From Eubacterium sp. (lineage in GTDB: Bacteria > Bacillota > Clostridia > Lachnospirales > Lachnospiraceae): a stretch of 64,000 nucleotides of DNA. Made by a program: the position numbers and the translations under genes. The notes under the pieces were generated by a model. That model ran no database searches and was not told where the DNA came from. It saw only the letters and a program-made list of their open reading frames with translations. Positions 40,061 through 50,619 of the stretch are shown here, piece by piece; position 1 is the first letter of the stretch; the number at the start of each line of letters is the position of its first letter. The DNA lies in contig JAILOU010000018.1 in the NCBI GenBank assembly GCA_024690665.1, positions 3,928 through 67,927 of the forward strand. Reading direction: 5' to 3'.

Positions 40061-42714
40061 GTTTCTTCTTTTTTCCCGAGACGCATCTGTTCTAAGGCTT
40101 CCCGCGCCTCATCATCTGCGTGGTCGAGCAGATAATTTTTCTTCCTGTCTTCATCCGTCATATGCTCGCCTTTTGCTTCCTGCATAGCAAGCGCAATCTC
40201 TTCTTTTAATTCTCTTGAAGAAGTCAGTCTGCACCCCTGACCACGAATAATAATCTGCTCAAGACCGTCCGAGGTTGCCACTCGAATATTGTGATTCTTC
40301 CCAAGTTTATGCGCGGTCTTCTCAATATACTGATCTGCCGTCTCCGCCTCTTTCGTATAGACGACATCGATATTGTGATAGCGCATAACTTCTTCTTCAT
40401 GTCCTTCTATCCGGTAAGCATCAAAGACCAGAATCAGATAGCCACCGCGAATGCCCTGATAGTCGCTTAATATCTCCATCAGCTTCATTCTGGCACCATC
40501 AATTGTCTCCTTCGCAAGCTCATTAAGCTGCGGCCAGCTAAAGATCACATTGTATCCATCTACTAACAGATATTCTTCTTTTTTCAACTTCTTCGAAAGT
40601 GTATCGCGTCCCTTATTGCTCTCACCTTCCGATGAAATTACTTTGCTCTTTCGTGGCACCTCGCCGGTCCTTCTGATAGAAGTGCCAAATGTCTTTTGGA
40701 AGATTTCTTCTAATTCTTTTTCCTGTGCGTATCCATCCCCCTCAAAAGCTTTGGCGCTGCTTCTTTTTACCGCAACTTCTTTTTTGTCTTCCTTTGGTGC
40801 AAGTGCACTAGGAAGATGCATCTTGCTTTCGACTTCATCCCAGGGCACAATCTGCGCGCTTCCCTGGCTGCAAAATACTGAGGCGCTTGGATGCACCGTA
40901 TCCTGATGCGCATCATAATCAGAGGTTGCAATCAGTTCCATCTGCTTTTCACATTGCTCATAACCGGCAAGCGAACAGGTAATTCTCCCCTGCCCTTTCG
41001 TATAGGAAAGCACTTCCTGCGCATAATCGCCAAATGCCGCAACCGGAACCGTTCCCGCAAGATGCGCTGATGTTTCCATAATCTGTGGCGGCTGAACGCT
41101 TCCTCCCATTTTCTCAAAATCGCCCATGGCTCTTCCTATCATTTCCTGTGGAAGTTCGAGTTCAAATTCATAAATCGGTTCAAGCAGGATGCAGTCATTT
41201 TTCATAAGACCCTGCCGAAGCGCACGAAGCGCTGCCTCTCGAAAGTCCCCCGGCTTAGAATGCTTGACATGCGCACGTCCACTTAAAAGTGTAATCTTCA
41301 CATCATCAAGCTGCGCTCCCGTCAGCGTTCCAATCTGTGGCTGTCTAAGCGCTCCAAGCACCACCTTCTGCCAGGTTCTTGAAAGCACATCCTCCGGACA
41401 CTTTGAGGCAATACACATGCCTTCCCCTCGCCGCGCCGGTTCGATGAGAAGGTGCACCTCTGCGTAGTGGCGAAGCGGTTCAAAATGACCGACGCCCTCA
41501 ACGGCTCTTGTTACACTTTCGCGATACAAGATTCGCCCAGGACCGAATGTAACCTTGTAACCAAATCGATTCCACAAGATATCCTCTAAGATTTCTTCTT
41601 GAACTCTTCCCAATAGGCGCACATGAATCTCCTGCGTCTCTTCCTTCCATTCAAGATGAAGCTGCGGCATCTCCTCTGCAATCGCCTGCAGTCTCTGATA
41701 GGCCTGCATCGGCGCCGCCTCGTCTTCAAATATAATCTGTTTTGAAATCACCGGCATCATAAGCGATCTTTGCGCTGCATCTGACCGGCCAAGCCCCTGG
41801 CCTATATAGCTGTCTTCTAATCCTGTCACCGCACACAGACAACCGGCCGGCGCCTCATCCACGCTCTGACACTTTTCTCCAAAGCAGTGATACACCTGGT
41901 CAATCTTATACTGCTTTCCATCTGCTCCCGGCAATGTCATCTTCGGACGAAGAACGCCGCCTGTTACTTTTAAGTGTGTCAGGCGTCTTCCTTGTTCATC
42001 CCGTGTGATTTTATAGACCAAAGCTTCTTCTTGCATGCTTCTTTCAGGCTCTTTTAAGACCTTGGAAAGTCCTTGTAAAAAAGTATCGATTCCCTGAGAG
42101 TGCAGTGCACTTCCATAAAAACACGGAAATAATTTTCGCTCAAAAATCAGCTCCCGCAAAAGATCATTTGGAATGTCCCCCGTTTCCAGGTAAACATCAA
42201 GCACATCTTCTCGAAGCGTCGCAGTTTCTTCTAAAACTTCCGGCGACTCCATCTCGATACAGCCATCTCCAAACGCCTCTTTCAGCTGCCTTTTCAGCTG
42301 TTTTTTGTCCACCTTATCCCGGTCCATCTTGTTGACAAACAGAATCGTCGGAACCTGATAGTTTTTTAGAAACTTCCACAGCTGCTTTGTGTTGGCCTGC
42401 ACGCCATCCGCTCCGCTGATAATCAAGATGGCATAATCAAGCGCAGCAAGCGCCATCTGTGTCTCGGCCAGAAGATCTGCATGCCCCGGCGTATCCACCA
42501 AAGTGATTTCCATATCATCTAGTTGCATGGACGCCTGTTTCATATAGATGGTAATCCCACGTTCGCGTTCCATCGCATTATAATCCAAAAGCGTATCCTT
42601 TTTATCAACACGTCCCATCTGCCGGATTGCTCCCGTCGAGTAAAGCAGATGTTCCGTGAGTGTTGTCTTGCCGGCATCCACATGTGCCAGCATTCCCACG
42701 ACGATATGTTTCAT
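40057..42714 (-). CDS. TetM/EF-G-like translational GTPase fused to a C-terminal NYN (YacP/Rae1-like) RNase domain
   Basis: AHVDAGKTT, RGITI, DTPGH, NKMD, LLEPIY; C-terminal LLVDGYNVI, LVFDA, ETADQYIE, VATSD. Confidence 0.88.
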   Translation of the reverse strand: MKHIVVGMLAHVDAGKTTLTEHLLYSTGAIRQMGRVDKKDTLLDYNAMERERGITIYMKQASMQLDDMEITLVDTPGHADLLAETQMALAALDYAILIISGADGVQANTKQLWKFLKNYQVPTILFVNKMDRDKVDKKQLKRQLKEAFGDGCIEMESPEVLEETATLREDVLDVYLETGDIPNDLLRELIFERKLFPCFYGSALHSQGIDTFLQGLSKVLKEPERSMQEEALVYKITRDEQGRRLTHLKVTGGVLRPKMTLPGADGKQYKIDQVYHCFGEKCQSVDEAPAGCLCAVTGLEDSYIGQGLGRSDAAQRSLMMPVISKQIIFEDEAAPMQAYQRLQAIAEEMPQLHLEWKEETQEIHVRLLGRVQEEILEDILWNRFGYKVTFGPGRILYRESVTRAVEGVGHFEPLRHYAEVHLLIEPARRGEGMCIASKCPEDVLSRTWQKVVLGALRQPQIGTLTGAQLDDVKITLLSGRAHVKHSKPGDFREAALRALRQGLMKNDCILLEPIYEFELELPQEMIGRAMGDFEKMGGSVQPPQIMETSAHLAGTVPVAAFGDYAQEVLSYTKGQGRITCSLAGYEQCEKQMELIATSDYDAHQDTVHPSASVFCSQGSAQIVPWDEVESKMHLPSALAPKEDKKEVAVKRSSAKAFEGDGYAQEKELEEIFQKTFGTSIRRTGEVPRKSKVISSEGESNKGRDTLSKKLKKEEYLLVDGYNVIFSWPQLNELAKETIDGARMKLMEILSDYQGIRGGYLILVFDAYRIEGHEEEVMRYHNIDVVYTKEAETADQYIEKTAHKLGKNHNIRVATSDGLEQIIIRGQGCRLTSSRELKEEIALAMQEAKGEHMTDEDRKKNYLLDHADDEAREALEQMRLGKKEET

Positions 42715-42736
42715 AACGATCGTCTCCAATCTGTAA

Positions 42737-43597
42737 TTATGCTTCGTTTAAAAAAGCCATCAGCTTCTCCTTGCCTTCTTCAAAATCAGCAAGTCCAAGT
42801 TCATATAACTTCTGATTCGCATTCGCATCCATGGCATAGGTGCTCATATCGAGTGCCTTACTAGGTGCAAATACAATCGCTTTTCCTTCATTTTCCAGTT
42901 CATAGGCATGCTTTTGACACTTACCGTACATGATATGACGGTTGTTAAGCGCCTTAATCATATTCGGATACTTCATACAAAGCAGCGTATATAGCGCTTT
43001 GTTCTTCTCCGGCGTCTTCACAAAATCACGCATCTTCGACATAATAACCACAAGTTTATCGCATCCATGGTCAAGTGCATGCTGTACCGGAATCGCATCG
43101 GTTACTCCGCCGTCATAATATCTTCGTCCATTGATTTCAACCGGCTTACACGCTGCCGGAATTGCACTTGATGCCATAATTGTGCGATAGTCATCCTGCT
43201 TCATCATATCTTTTGTAAAATAAACCGGCGTTCCTGTCTTCGCATCCGATGCAACCACATAATACTCCGTCGGATCATTTTTAATATGCTCATAGTCAAT
43301 CGGGTCTTTTCCTCCCGAATTCGACATATCTCCATAGATATACTGCAGATTAAACAGATTCCCTGTCTTAAAAAAACTTTTCATTCCAAAGAACAATGGA
43401 TCCGAGATGTGATCTGTATAAAATCTGCGTGCCCTGCCTTTTTGACCGCTCAGATAAGAAGCCACATTGGCACTTCCCGCAGACACTCCAATCGCATAAT
43501 CAAAATGAATGTCATGTTCTATAAATGCATCTAAAACAGCGGCGCTGTAAGCACATTTCATGCCGCCGCCTTCTACTACCAAACCAATCTTACTCAT
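42737..43597 (-). CDS. patatin-like phospholipase
   Basis: EGGGMK, GVSAG, DGG motifs; start at MSKIG after GGAGG. Confidence 0.9.
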   Translation of the reverse strand: MSKIGLVVEGGGMKCAYSAAVLDAFIEHDIHFDYAIGVSAGSANVASYLSGQKGRARRFYTDHISDPLFFGMKSFFKTGNLFNLQYIYGDMSNSGGKDPIDYEHIKNDPTEYYVVASDAKTGTPVYFTKDMMKQDDYRTIMASSAIPAACKPVEINGRRYYDGGVTDAIPVQHALDHGCDKLVVIMSKMRDFVKTPEKNKALYTLLCMKYPNMIKALNNRHIMYGKCQKHAYELENEGKAIVFAPSKALDMSTYAMDANANQKLYELGLADFEEGKEKLMAFLNEA

Positions 43598-43652
43598 ATT
43601 AAGATCCTCCAAACTTTTCCGTTATCATCTATTATACCAAATATCAGCCTTG

Positions 43653-44777
43653 TCATTGCTGAAAATATCGCTCTCGTATCATCTGCAGGATGTCTGTATA
43701 GAATGGACCGTTGTTCCCGATAGTACGCTCGATTCCCGCTACCATAATCGACGCCTCATCCAGACTTTCCGGTGCGCTTACGCCCCAAAAGAGCATAAAA
43801 AACTGTGTTAAAAGATTCGCCATCAAAACAGGGCCTAGCACATAGTAATCTTCAAATGCCCGCATATACTGCTGCTGAATCTGATACGAATAATACGCCG
43901 TCCACATCTCTTCATGCGAAGATAAGATTTCCTGCGTTCTTTTTGCGAACAACTCCTCCCCTTCCGCTTCCGACAACCTGCCATAGAGTTTTTTGTAAGC
44001 CTTAATCATCCTATACAACGGTGGATTTCGCCGGCTCATGGTTGGTGCGGACAGTTTCTTATAAATAATATCATTTAAAAATGTAAGCGGATAAAAACCG
44101 GCGCACCCCTGTCCAATCACGGGTGCCGTATAGGTACATGTCGACTGCGGCGTCACCTTTCTGGCGCCCTGCATATCCGCCCTTGCATAATACATTGTCT
44201 TGTCAAATGCCATCTCATAGATTCGCTTCATCGACTGCAACAGCTCTGACTGCTCGTCCCAGACAAAATCTAACATCTTATCTTCATCTTCTCGAAGCGC
44301 AGCGTACAAGTCAGCGTCGTCATTTTTAAAATTCCACCATTGCTGAATCTCTTCTTCTGCTTTTTCTCCGAGCGCCACATAGCCGTACCGTCGTGGTTCA
44401 GACAAAAGCAGCCTTGCCGCCTCGCAGCACGAAAGCATCAAAAACACCTCAACATCTTCCCCCATCTTCATGGCGCTTCTTGGAAATTGCTGGCAGACAA
44501 TTGGCATCAGTTTCATATTGCCGTTTTTTTGAAACCGGCACAGATGCTCCTTTGTAAGATAAGGACATCTGTAATTTATTTCGCGAATGCAGGTCATCCC
44601 GAGCTGATTTTCCCTGGTCATCACGGTCATCAACAGACTTTTAAACCAGGGCTGCCTTTGCATGTTGACATATGTCTCATCATCGATGGGAATCTGCCAT
44701 CCTCCGCAGCAGTTATAGATGCAGTCGGTTCCGGTGCATTCAAACCTTTCATATAGTTCATGGAATACTAATCTCAT
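43653..44777 (-). CDS. FliB-family (flagellin lysine methylase-like) Cys-cluster protein
   Basis: FECTGTDCIYNCCGGWQIPID, CPYL....LC, CQQFPR, LSCCEA. Confidence 0.7.
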   Translation of the reverse strand: MRLVFHELYERFECTGTDCIYNCCGGWQIPIDDETYVNMQRQPWFKSLLMTVMTRENQLGMTCIREINYRCPYLTKEHLCRFQKNGNMKLMPIVCQQFPRSAMKMGEDVEVFLMLSCCEAARLLLSEPRRYGYVALGEKAEEEIQQWWNFKNDDADLYAALREDEDKMLDFVWDEQSELLQSMKRIYEMAFDKTMYYARADMQGARKVTPQSTCTYTAPVIGQGCAGFYPLTFLNDIIYKKLSAPTMSRRNPPLYRMIKAYKKLYGRLSEAEGEELFAKRTQEILSSHEEMWTAYYSYQIQQQYMRAFEDYYVLGPVLMANLLTQFFMLFWGVSAPESLDEASIMVAGIERTIGNNGPFYTDILQMIRERYFQQ

Positions 44778-44857
44778 GCATCTATCCTAACACAAAAAGA
44801 GCAGACCGCCTAATGCAATCTGCTCTCTTCGATTGAGGATTCAATCGTAATTCGTAT

Positions 44858-45862
44858 TTACCAATCCAAATCATAATGTGCTTTATTCCAGTTTGTAATC
44901 GCCTCACTGATGAGATCCTTTACATGTGGATATAAGGTATTTGGATCTCCATATGTCCAGCTTGGGATAAACTGTTTGAGATGTCCGTAAGTATCACAGC
45001 ATCTGTTAATTTCTGCCTGTACTTCTTCCATCTGTGTATCTTCACGGTCAAGGATGGAATCAATGCCACCCATCAGCGCCATATTGCCTTTTAACTTGCC
45101 GGCAATGGATACAATATCATTACTCGGCACAACCCCCTGCCAGATATCAATCCCGATTTCTTCCATATCTACCGCAATCGGCTCATTGTAAGAATCTGAA
45201 TGATGCAAAATCAAGACATCGTTGTCGTGGAGATATTTATAAATCTTGCGATATGGCTCTTTAAAGAACTCTCTCCATGTCTCCGGACTCATCAGCATCT
45301 GGTCTTTGCTTCCCCAGTCATCATGGGAAATGATAGCATCCGGATGCAGATTCTCAACGATTAATCGAAAATACTCCATTCTGTATTCATAGATTACATC
45401 AATCAGCTCATGCATTTCATCCGGATATGCCAAAAGGTTTACAAGGGTATCTTCGAACGTCATCAGCATATGTAACTCTTCGAATATTCCGGTTCCCATA
45501 ATGGTTGTTGCAATGCAGCCTTCTTCTTGAATCTTCTTTTTGTTCTCAATTGCCGTCTCCCAACCGGTCGAGCAATTACCTCTTAGATCCGGAACTTTCA
45601 CGTACTTTTGCCATTCTTCAATATCCTGAATGACCTGATTCTCCGGTGTTACAATCGGAATTGCACGAAGCTGATCATCCGGCCACGATATAAAGCAACC
45701 CCATCGGTCATAGGAATCCGTTCCCTTAATACGGTTTCCTCGAACGAACTGACCTACCGGGTCTCCGCCGATGACACGGAACGCATCGTATCCATTTGCC
45801 AGACGATCCGGATGTCCGTCTTTCTTAATCGCTTCTAAGAAATTTTCTTTTTCTGTTAACAT
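44858..45862 (-). CDS. uroporphyrinogen decarboxylase / MtaA-CmuA family protein
   Basis: DRWGC, HDDWGSK...MSP..WREF, LHHSDS, LMGGID; start at MLTEKENF. Confidence 0.8.
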   Translation of the reverse strand: MLTEKENFLEAIKKDGHPDRLANGYDAFRVIGGDPVGQFVRGNRIKGTDSYDRWGCFISWPDDQLRAIPIVTPENQVIQDIEEWQKYVKVPDLRGNCSTGWETAIENKKKIQEEGCIATTIMGTGIFEELHMLMTFEDTLVNLLAYPDEMHELIDVIYEYRMEYFRLIVENLHPDAIISHDDWGSKDQMLMSPETWREFFKEPYRKIYKYLHDNDVLILHHSDSYNEPIAVDMEEIGIDIWQGVVPSNDIVSIAGKLKGNMALMGGIDSILDREDTQMEEVQAEINRCCDTYGHLKQFIPSWTYGDPNTLYPHVKDLISEAITNWNKAHYDLDW

Positions 45863-45964
45863 ATGCCTGTTCTCCTCTCTCTTGTTTATTCCCTGCTTCA
45901 CCTTCTTAACATCAAGTTAGCATTCCATCTTACAAACTACAACTTCTCTACATGAATCACTGTC

Positions 45965-45979
45965 ATTCCGTATCGGAAT
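45965..45979. promoter_or_regulatory. LysR-type operator (T-N11-A palindrome)
   Basis: ATTCCG-tat-CGGAAT between the divergent URO-D-family and LysR genes. Confidence 0.5.
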
Positions 45980-46022
45980 ATGTTATAATTATCCAAACTT
46001 TATGGAAGGATTTTTGGTGAAA

Positions 46023-46937
46023 ATGCACGAAATAAACCTCTACAACATCCAGATTGTAGATCTCGAGATCTTTTTAGCGGCCGCCAAGTACAAAAGCTTT
46101 ACGAAAGCAGCCGAGAAGATGTTTACAACACAGTCCTGGGTCAGTAAACGCATCCAGCTAATGGAACGTGAGTTAAATCTACAGCTTTTTATACGCAACA
46201 CCCGAAACCTGTCATTAACACCGGCGGGACGCGTGCTGGCTGAGCGTCTTGAACACATTACCGATGATATCGGCGATGCGATTACTGCTGCAACAACCGC
46301 TATGACCGGAACAACCGGGCGTATTAAAATCGGATTTTTAGAGTGGGGTGTGAACGCTTTTTTAGATAAGGTTAAACTATTTACCGAATCCAACAGGCAG
46401 ATTGCAGTTGAAATCTACTGCCGCCAGTTTAAAGATTTATTCGACTCTCTTGAGGATGACCGCATCGATCTGATGCTGACCTCTTCTTATGACGCGACCC
46501 AGTTTTCCTCAGATGATTACCGCGTTGTTACGCTAAAGCGTGTACCAATGATGATTTACATGAACAAAGAACACCGCCTCGCAGACAGAGCATCGCTTCA
46601 AGTCAGCGATCTTCGCGCCGAATCCATTTTGACATTGGACCAAAAATCTTCGGAAGATTATTCCATGTACATCAGTAGCCTGTTTAAGAGTAACGGCATC
46701 CGTCCATTTGTTACGCAATATGCGCAAAATGGCCGCGAACACCTTGGTAATCTGCTCTTAAACCGCGGCATCTTAATCGCCAGCGAGTACTTTCTGGGGA
46801 ATGAATTCCAGGACTCCATCGTCTCCATTCCACTAGAAGATCATTTCATTGACATCAATGCCGTCTGGAAGACCAACAGCCGCAATGTGATCATTCACAA
46901 GTTTCTTAAAATGTTTAACATCGATTCGTTTAATTAA
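46023..46937 (+). CDS. LysR-family transcriptional regulator
   Basis: SFTKAAEKMFTTQSWVSKRIQLMERELNLQLFIR, LTPAG. Confidence 0.93.
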   Translation: MHEINLYNIQIVDLEIFLAAAKYKSFTKAAEKMFTTQSWVSKRIQLMERELNLQLFIRNTRNLSLTPAGRVLAERLEHITDDIGDAITAATTAMTGTTGRIKIGFLEWGVNAFLDKVKLFTESNRQIAVEIYCRQFKDLFDSLEDDRIDLMLTSSYDATQFSSDDYRVVTLKRVPMMIYMNKEHRLADRASLQVSDLRAESILTLDQKSSEDYSMYISSLFKSNGIRPFVTQYAQNGREHLGNLLLNRGILIASEYFLGNEFQDSIVSIPLEDHFIDINAVWKTNSRNVIIHKFLKMFNIDSFN

Positions 46938-46940
46938 CAG

Positions 46941-46972
46941 AAAAAAGTTCCGGTTACTGCTCCGGAACTTTT
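46941..46972. terminator. bidirectional terminator
   Basis: AAAAGTTCCGG-N-CCGGAACTTTT between convergent genes. Confidence 0.7.
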
Positions 46973-47016
46973 CTCAACTTAATTATTCTTATTATTGAAT
47001 CGAAATGGATTTCGCT

Positions 47017-48354
47017 TTAGCGCTTGTTAGATGCTCTCCAGATTTTCTGCTCTTCCGCTGCTTTAATCAGGTCATCTCTAAAGTCAGGATGAGCAACACT
47101 AATCAATCTTTCTGCTCTCTCCCAGGTTGGTACACCCTGCATGTTCACGCAGCCATACTCAGTTGCGATATACTGCACACTGGTACGAGGTGTTGTGATA
47201 ACATCTCCACCTGTGAAATGTGGAATGATGTTAGATACACGGGTTCCATCCTTACCAACTCTTGAAGAAGGCATTGCCAGGAAGGACTGTCCGTGATCTG
47301 CCTCAAGTGCACCTGTTGCGAAGTCAAGTTGTCCGCCCGTTCCTGAGATGTGACGGGTTCCTACGGTTTCAGAACAAACCTGTCCGTATAAGTCAGCCTT
47401 GATACATCCGTTGATGGAAACAAAGTGATCTAACGCTCTGATCGTTCCCGGATTATTTACAAATGCCATTGGCGCAGACATGATATCAAAGTTATGATCC
47501 ATGTAATCATATAACTCTCTTGAACCATTACAGATAGAGAAGATTCCCTTACCTTTGTAGATTGGTTTTTTCTTATTGGTAAGCTTTCCTGACTGGTACA
47601 ACTTTAAGTAACCATCAGAAATCAGCTCTGTATGCATTCCAAGATCTTTTAAGTCAGATTCTGCAATCAGTCCGCCAAGTGCATTTGGCATTCCACCGAT
47701 ACCAATCTGAAGTGTGATTCCATCATACAGATATGGGAAGATCTGGTTTGCAATCTGGCGATCGATTTCGCCTGCATCTCCGGCCGGTGCTGTACCTACC
47801 GGAACGTTATTTTCAACCACATAGTCAACATCCTTGATGTTGATATGGTCACCTTCTACACCATAGATGACCGGCATGGTTTCATTTACTTCCAGGATGA
47901 TATGATCTGCTGCATCTACGATCTCCTGCATACAGCAGTTGGTAAGTCCAAAGTTAAAATTACCATTCTTATCCATCGGTGCTACCGTAAGCATGGCAAC
48001 ATTAATTGGTGCATATCCCTTTGTATAATAAGAGCCGTTATAACGGAACAGCATTGGTGTGTAGAATGCCTTTCCCTGATCTACGTACTTACGATCAAGT
48101 CCTGAACAATGCCATACATTAAATGTAAAGCTTTCGTGCTCCGGATCTTGTTCTACAACCTGAACCGGCTGCATAGAAATCGCACTACGAATCTTAACAT
48201 CCTTCAGTTCACCTTTTCTCTTCGCCAATGCCGCGTCAAGTGCTTTTGGGAAAGTACATGTCTGGCTGTAATCCACCCAGTCGCCGTCCTTTACAAGCTT
48301 AACTGCTTCGTCAGCTGATACAAGTTTTTTCTTATATTCTTCGTATACGCTCAT
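47017..48354 (-). CDS. acyl-CoA:acetate CoA-transferase (butyryl-CoA:acetate CoA-transferase-like)
   Basis: EEYKKKLVSADEAV, LQIGIGGMP, DLGMHTE, ISGTGGQLDF, AHPDFRD. Confidence 0.85.
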   Translation of the reverse strand: MSVYEEYKKKLVSADEAVKLVKDGDWVDYSQTCTFPKALDAALAKRKGELKDVKIRSAISMQPVQVVEQDPEHESFTFNVWHCSGLDRKYVDQGKAFYTPMLFRYNGSYYTKGYAPINVAMLTVAPMDKNGNFNFGLTNCCMQEIVDAADHIILEVNETMPVIYGVEGDHINIKDVDYVVENNVPVGTAPAGDAGEIDRQIANQIFPYLYDGITLQIGIGGMPNALGGLIAESDLKDLGMHTELISDGYLKLYQSGKLTNKKKPIYKGKGIFSICNGSRELYDYMDHNFDIMSAPMAFVNNPGTIRALDHFVSINGCIKADLYGQVCSETVGTRHISGTGGQLDFATGALEADHGQSFLAMPSSRVGKDGTRVSNIIPHFTGGDVITTPRTSVQYIATEYGCVNMQGVPTWERAERLISVAHPDFRDDLIKAAEEQKIWRASNKR

Positions 48355-48475
48355 ATTACCTTCTCCTTAAAAAAATATTGTTCGCTTAGCCTTATTCTCA
48401 TTATAAGTGCTACGGACGGTTCGTTTCAAGCAGAATTAAGTAATGGGTTATGCCATTTTGGACTAATGATTTCTC

Positions 48476-49246
48476 CTATGATTCGCTCGCAATCGTAAGG
48501 TCTCCGGAGATGGATGTCATCGTGATTTTGGCGCTTCGATCGCCGCAGTAATACGCCATGTCTTTTTGCTTTGTTTCAAAGTCTGTCTGAAACTCTCCGC
48601 CCAAGGATGAAGTATCCGCCACAAAACCACTGTCCTTTGGCAGTGACAGCGTCACGTCTGCACTGACACTATCTGAGGTCAGTTTGCCAAGCGACGTCAG
48701 ATTAAGCGAAAGGTTGCCACTTACCGATTCACTTGTAAGCGTTCCTATCTCCCCATCTTTTGCCACCGTGACATCCCCCGAATCTGTTGTCAGGTTCATC
48801 TTTTGAATCTGAATGCCCTCCGGAAGCGTAAGATCTGCCGATACCAGATTCGCATCCAGCTGACTTATGGCATACTCTTTTGGCAGGGTAATGACAAGCG
48901 TTTTATCCGGAACCTTTGCACCCTGTCCGCCTTCCTCACAAAAAGATATCGACAAGTCCTTATCTTCCTGCGTGTAAGTAAGTGCCCACTCCTGCTCTAT
49001 CTCCTGCTCAGACGATTCGACAAAGGTAATCTCATTTACATCATCATATTGCACAACCACTTCACCGGCTGTCCACTCAAGCGAGATATGCTCTACGTTC
49101 GCCGATACCTTTTTTTCTTTTCCAATCCCTGCATCATTGACCGATGTCATATCCGCCTCACTGCTGCCACAGGCCGTCATTGTAATCGCTGCCAGAAGCA
49201 GTAACGGCGCTGCCATCTTCGTCTGTCTTTTTCTTCTCATCCTCAT
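48476..49246 (-). CDS. DUF4097 beta-strand-repeat lipoprotein
   Basis: Lipobox MTAC; repeated (S/T)xSG(D/N) units; co-oriented with the two-component system. Confidence 0.75.
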   Translation of the reverse strand: MRMRRKRQTKMAAPLLLLAAITMTACGSSEADMTSVNDAGIGKEKKVSANVEHISLEWTAGEVVVQYDDVNEITFVESSEQEIEQEWALTYTQEDKDLSISFCEEGGQGAKVPDKTLVITLPKEYAISQLDANLVSADLTLPEGIQIQKMNLTTDSGDVTVAKDGEIGTLTSESVSGNLSLNLTSLGKLTSDSVSADVTLSLPKDSGFVADTSSLGGEFQTDFETKQKDMAYYCGDRSAKITMTSISGDLTIASES

Positions 49247-49257
49247 ACTCCATATCT

Positions 49258-50619
49258 TTAATCCATCAGCGGCAATGTCATCGTGATGGTAAATTTTTTA
49301 TCCCGGTTTTCATGCGTAAATGTTCCGTCGTGATATCCAATAATTCTTTCACAGGTTTTTAGACCGATTCGCGTGCTCTCCTCCTTGGAAATATCGCTTT
49401 TGGCAGCATTGACCATGGTAATCAAGACCATCTTCTCCTCCATCTCCATGCTGACTTTAATCGTCTCTTTTGGCTCGGCATATTTTTTCAGATTGGAATA
49501 GAGGTTGTCAAACACACGCTTTAACAGCTGCGCATTCGCACGGACAACACCTGTGACTTCCTCAAGCTTTGTATCAAATGTATATCCTTCGCAGTCCAGT
49601 GAAAGGATGCACTCTTCAAGCATCCCCATAAGCAGCACCGGTGCATCGTATTCATCCATTCGAATCTGCTCATTTTCAGACTTTGACACAAGAAAGTATT
49701 CAAATAATTTATCCGACATCTCTTTAATCTGAAGGGTTTTTTGATATGTATTATCGACAAAATAATCAAGCTGCTCATCATTATCATATTTATGTCTCTT
49801 AAGCATCTCCAGATAGCCAAGTATCGCCGTTAGCGGACTTCTAAGGTCATGCGACATTGCCGTGACAAGCTGTGCATTGGCGCGCCTTGCTTCCTCTTCT
49901 GCATCCTGTCTTTCCACAATGGCCGTTCGCATGGCATTGATTCCGGTTGCAAGATCTTTGATTTCATCTCCTCCGCGTTCTGTTACCTCATATGACAGGT
50001 CGCCGCCTGCAAGGATATCAAGTTCTCTTTTGAGTCGCACGATATAACTGAGTTTTTTTCGAAAGAGCATAAAAAATACAAATGCAAAGACCAGACATCC
50101 AACAGCCGCCGCCAAAATCAGCGTCGATACATAATAGCCATAGCTTGCGTGATAATACAGATACACTTCATACGTCGTTTCATCGTCTTCTCCTTCGAAG
50201 AATGTCACATCTTCTCCTAGAATTGCCACGTCATAAAACAGCTCTGCTGTCGCAAATGCTTCCATCTCATCGATTGTTTTTATTTTTTTAGGACCGGAGT
50301 GACGACTTTGAAAAATAATATCATCCCCGTCTGCAATAAAGAGCGTCACACGGTTGTAGCGATCCTTACACCACTCGTTTAACGGCGACAAATCTTCCGT
50401 TGTAACCTCATTCGATGTAATAAAACTTTGCAGGGTGCTTACTTCATTTTCCGCCATATAATCCGTGTAGTAATCGCCATATATTGTTTCATCCAAAAAT
50501 GCATTGGACGCATAATACACCAGCACCATACACACCAAACTGATTAACAGCGACACAATTCCGGCATAAATCAGCTGTCTTTTTAATTTTGCTCCAAAGA
50601 ATCTGCGAATTCTATTCAA
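49258..50619 (-). CDS. HAMP sensor histidine kinase
   Basis: Two TM helices, DEI..LA..IN.M, SHDLRSPLT, NLYSN.KKY. Confidence 0.93.
   Translation of the reverse strand: MNRIRRFFGAKLKRQLIYAGIVSLLISLVCMVLVYYASNAFLDETIYGDYYTDYMAENEVSTLQSFITSNEVTTEDLSPLNEWCKDRYNRVTLFIADGDDIIFQSRHSGPKKIKTIDEMEAFATAELFYDVAILGEDVTFFEGEDDETTYEVYLYYHASYGYYVSTLILAAAVGCLVFAFVFFMLFRKKLSYIVRLKRELDILAGGDLSYEVTERGGDEIKDLATGINAMRTAIVERQDAEEEARRANAQLVTAMSHDLRSPLTAILGYLEMLKRHKYDNDEQLDYFVDNTYQKTLQIKEMSDKLFEYFLVSKSENEQIRMDEYDAPVLLMGMLEECILSLDCEGYTFDTKLEEVTGVVRANAQLLKRVFDNLYSNLKKYAEPKETIKVSMEMEEKMVLITMVNAAKSDISKEESTRIGLKTCERIIGYHDGTFTHENRDKKFTITMTLPLMD

Noticed and set aside
40057-42714. Tetracycline resistance gene (tetM/tetO/tetW)
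   Set aside because: It lacks the ribosomal-protection domain IV loop signature, carries a NYN fusion and has no mobile context.
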